This document shows, in pieces, positions 32,362 through 33,961 of a stretch of 33,961 bases of DNA (the stretch's first letter is position 1; each line of letters begins with the position of its first letter). The notes below the pieces were generated by a model that did no database searches, was not told where the DNA came from, and was given only the letters and a program-made list of their open reading frames with translations. The position numbers and the translations under genes are program-made. The stretch is from a virus (Duplodnaviria; Heunggongvirae; Uroviricota; Caudoviricetes), in the IMG/VR virus record IMGVR_UViG_3300037067_019759. One strand, written 5' to 3'.

Positions 32362-32910
32362 ATGAAACAAATAATTTGGAAAAAAATAAAAAATTATAAA
32401 GGTTATCAAGTTAGTAATATGGGATTAGTTAGAAGTGTTGATAGAATTATAAATCAAAAAATAAGACCACAATATAATTGGACTTTTAAAAGATTATGCA
32501 GAGGGAAAATAATAAAAGGTGATATTGAAAAAAGAGGATATATCCGCGTAATGCTTACTAATAGAAAAAGAGAATTAGTGCATAGATTAGTAGCACAAAC
32601 TTTTATACCAAATCCTAAAAAAAAGTTCTATATAAATCATTTAGATAATAACCCATCTAATAATAATGTTGATAATCTTGAATGGGTGACTCATAAAGAA
32701 AATATGCAACATTGTAAGGGACAAGGTAGACAAAGTAAAATTAGGGCATTAGGGGAAAATTGTGGTGCATCGAAATTATTAAATGAACAAGTAATAAAAA
32801 TAAGAAAATTACGATTCAAAATGAGTTATAGAAAAATAGGAAAAATGTTTGGAGTTAATCATTCAAGTATTAAAAATATAATGTTAAGAAGAACTTGGAA
32901 ACACATATGA
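32362..32910 (+). CDS. NUMOD4-HNH homing endonuclease with C-terminal HTH
   Basis: WKKIKNYKGYQVSNMGLVRS (NUMOD4); VHRLVAQTFIPNP..INHLDNNPSNNNVDNLEWVT..EN (HNH_3); GENCGASKL...RTWKHI. Confidence 0.92.
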   Translation: MKQIIWKKIKNYKGYQVSNMGLVRSVDRIINQKIRPQYNWTFKRLCRGKIIKGDIEKRGYIRVMLTNRKRELVHRLVAQTFIPNPKKKFYINHLDNNPSNNNVDNLEWVTHKENMQHCKGQGRQSKIRALGENCGASKLLNEQVIKIRKLRFKMSYRKIGKMFGVNHSSIKNIMLRRTWKHI

Positions 32911-33209
32911 AAAAAATTAAAGAAATAGAAAATTACGAAAAAGCAGTTGTAGAATTATCGGAATTTTTTGTTAATAAATATTTTGGAATAAATAACGAAC
33001 ACTATTTTGTGGGTGATTGCGTTGGAGACGTTATGTTTATTAATGATTATTTCTTTTCATTGGACGATATGGTTAATTTTTTAAGATATAAATATAGTGA
33101 GAAAGATGTGTTTGATTATTATGACTATCGGTTGGATATAGATACAAAAGGAAAAGAGACTGCGATTAATATTAAAAATTGGAAGAAATTAAAGAAAATA
33201 AATATATGA
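32907..33209 (+). CDS. Hypothetical protein, 100 aa (start moved to ATG 32907)
   Basis: ATGA overlap with the HNH stop. Confidence 0.7.
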   Translation: MKKIKEIENYEKAVVELSEFFVNKYFGINNEHYFVGDCVGDVMFINDYFFSLDDMVNFLRYKYSEKDVFDYYDYRLDIDTKGKETAINIKNWKKLKKINI

Positions 33210-33961
33210 ATAACATAAAGCTTAGTGTCGTGATTCCTTCGTACGCCGATCCGTATTGCCAACCAACTGTAAATTCTTTATTGGAAAATTCGGAGTTAGG
33301 GGATGGTTTGGAAGTGATAGTCGTATTGGATGGCCGATGGCCTGCTGTTCCTTTAAAGGATGATAAGAGGGTTAGAATTTTGCATTTGGGAAAAAATTTG
33401 GGGATGAGAGGTGCCATAAATTCAGGGGTAGCAATTTCTAGGGGAGAATTTATTATGAGAACGGATGAACATTGTAAATATTCAAAAGGTTATGATAAAA
33501 TTTTAGTGGAATCTTGCCAACCAAATTGGATAATGACTTTGAAGAGATATTTTTTAGATCCTATTAAATGGGAGTATATGGATATTCCGCCGATAGAATG
33601 TGAAAAATTAGTGATTCAAGATTGTGGTAATGGTGTTAGAAAATTTTCTGGACGAAAGTGGGATAGTAGGGCGGAAAGGTTAAAAAATGAACCAATTATT
33701 GAGGGTGAAGCAATGCAGGGGTCGATGTGGTGCATGAGGCGCGATTGGTGGAATAGTGTAATTGGAGAACTTCAGACAGACGGTTTTGGACCGCTTATAC
33801 AAGACTCAGTTGAAATGTGCATGAAAACTTGGAAAGCTGGGGGAAAATTAATGTGGAACAAGACTGCTCATTATGGACATAAACATCGTTCGTTCCCACG
33901 TTTACACAATAATGGGACACAAGAAAATCCCGCTAATTGCGATGCTGGTTATAAATATGCC
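33206..33961 (+). CDS. GT-A fold glycosyltransferase, ppGalNAc-T (GT27)-like or GT2; 3'-truncated and absent from the ORF track
   Basis: 252 open codons from ATG 33206 (ATGA overlap): LSVVIPS, EVIVVLDG, NLGMRGAINSG..ISRGEFIMRTDEHC, QGSMWCMRRDWW, VEMCMKTWKAGGKL, HYGHKHR. Confidence 0.9.
   Translation, partial: MNNIKLSVVIPSYADPYCQPTVNSLLENSELGDGLEVIVVLDGRWPAVPLKDDKRVRILHLGKNLGMRGAINSGVAISRGEFIMRTDEHCKYSKGYDKILVESCQPNWIMTLKRYFLDPIKWEYMDIPPIECEKLVIQDCGNGVRKFSGRKWDSRAERLKNEPIIEGEAMQGSMWCMRRDWWNSVIGELQTDGFGPLIQDSVEMCMKTWKAGGKLMWNKTAHYGHKHRSFPRLHNNGTQENPANCDAGYKYA

Noticed and set aside
1010-33417. Track ORFs antisense to or nested in well-supported genes (e.g. 1010-1297, 2955-3173, 5036-5329, 5802-6014, 6225-6446, 7916-8104, 8173-8579, 9153-9389, 13163-13384, 17183-17404, 19660-19863, 21769-22011, 22464-22670, 30262-30489, 33172-33417)
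   Set aside because: Shadow frames of real genes, with no leader motif and no recognisable protein features.
1-33961. Stop-codon reassignment (code 15/25) or a diversity-generating retroelement
   Set aside because: Long genes are intact in code 11, with TGA and TAG acting as stops. No reverse transcriptase or TR/VR pair differing at adenines was seen.

Overview
The window is part of a tailed dsDNA phage or prophage genome. It is AT-rich, uses the standard code, has sigma70-type promoters and has almost no Shine-Dalgarno sites. Layout from left to right: (1) 1-4.4 kb, + strand: a recombination/accessory block with recA and a free-standing HNH-AP2 endonuclease. (2) 4.6-10.65 kb, - strand: a convergent cluster of about 20 small early-type genes downstream of a perfect TTGACA-17-TATAAT promoter. 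(3) 10.65-12.1 kb: a palindrome-rich non-coding control region that may contain the genome terminus. (4) 12.1-33.9 kb, + strand: HU-like gene, probable terS, terL interrupted by two LAGLIDADG inteins, a 3D-like protein, portal, scaffold, SU10/DUF5309-type major capsid protein, two paralogous virion proteins, and a lectin-fold protein with a ~300-aa Ser/Pro mucin-like tail. These are followed by a membrane-protein/papain-like peptidase lysis cassette, a NUMOD4-HNH gene, and a glycosyltransferase cut off by the window end and absent from the ORF track. Best leads: (a) the glycosyltransferase has ppGalNAc-transferase-like motifs (DxH, GH) and lies near the mucin-like protein, suggesting phage-encoded O-glycosylation of the virion; (b) a covarying, pseudoknot-capable RNA motif is duplicated ahead of the two paralogous structural genes; (c) a recurring TTGGA-N7-TAnnnT promoter signature; (d) two promoter-proximal leaders share one switch-like topology. 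All family assignments come from motifs read by eye. No database search or folding program was run.
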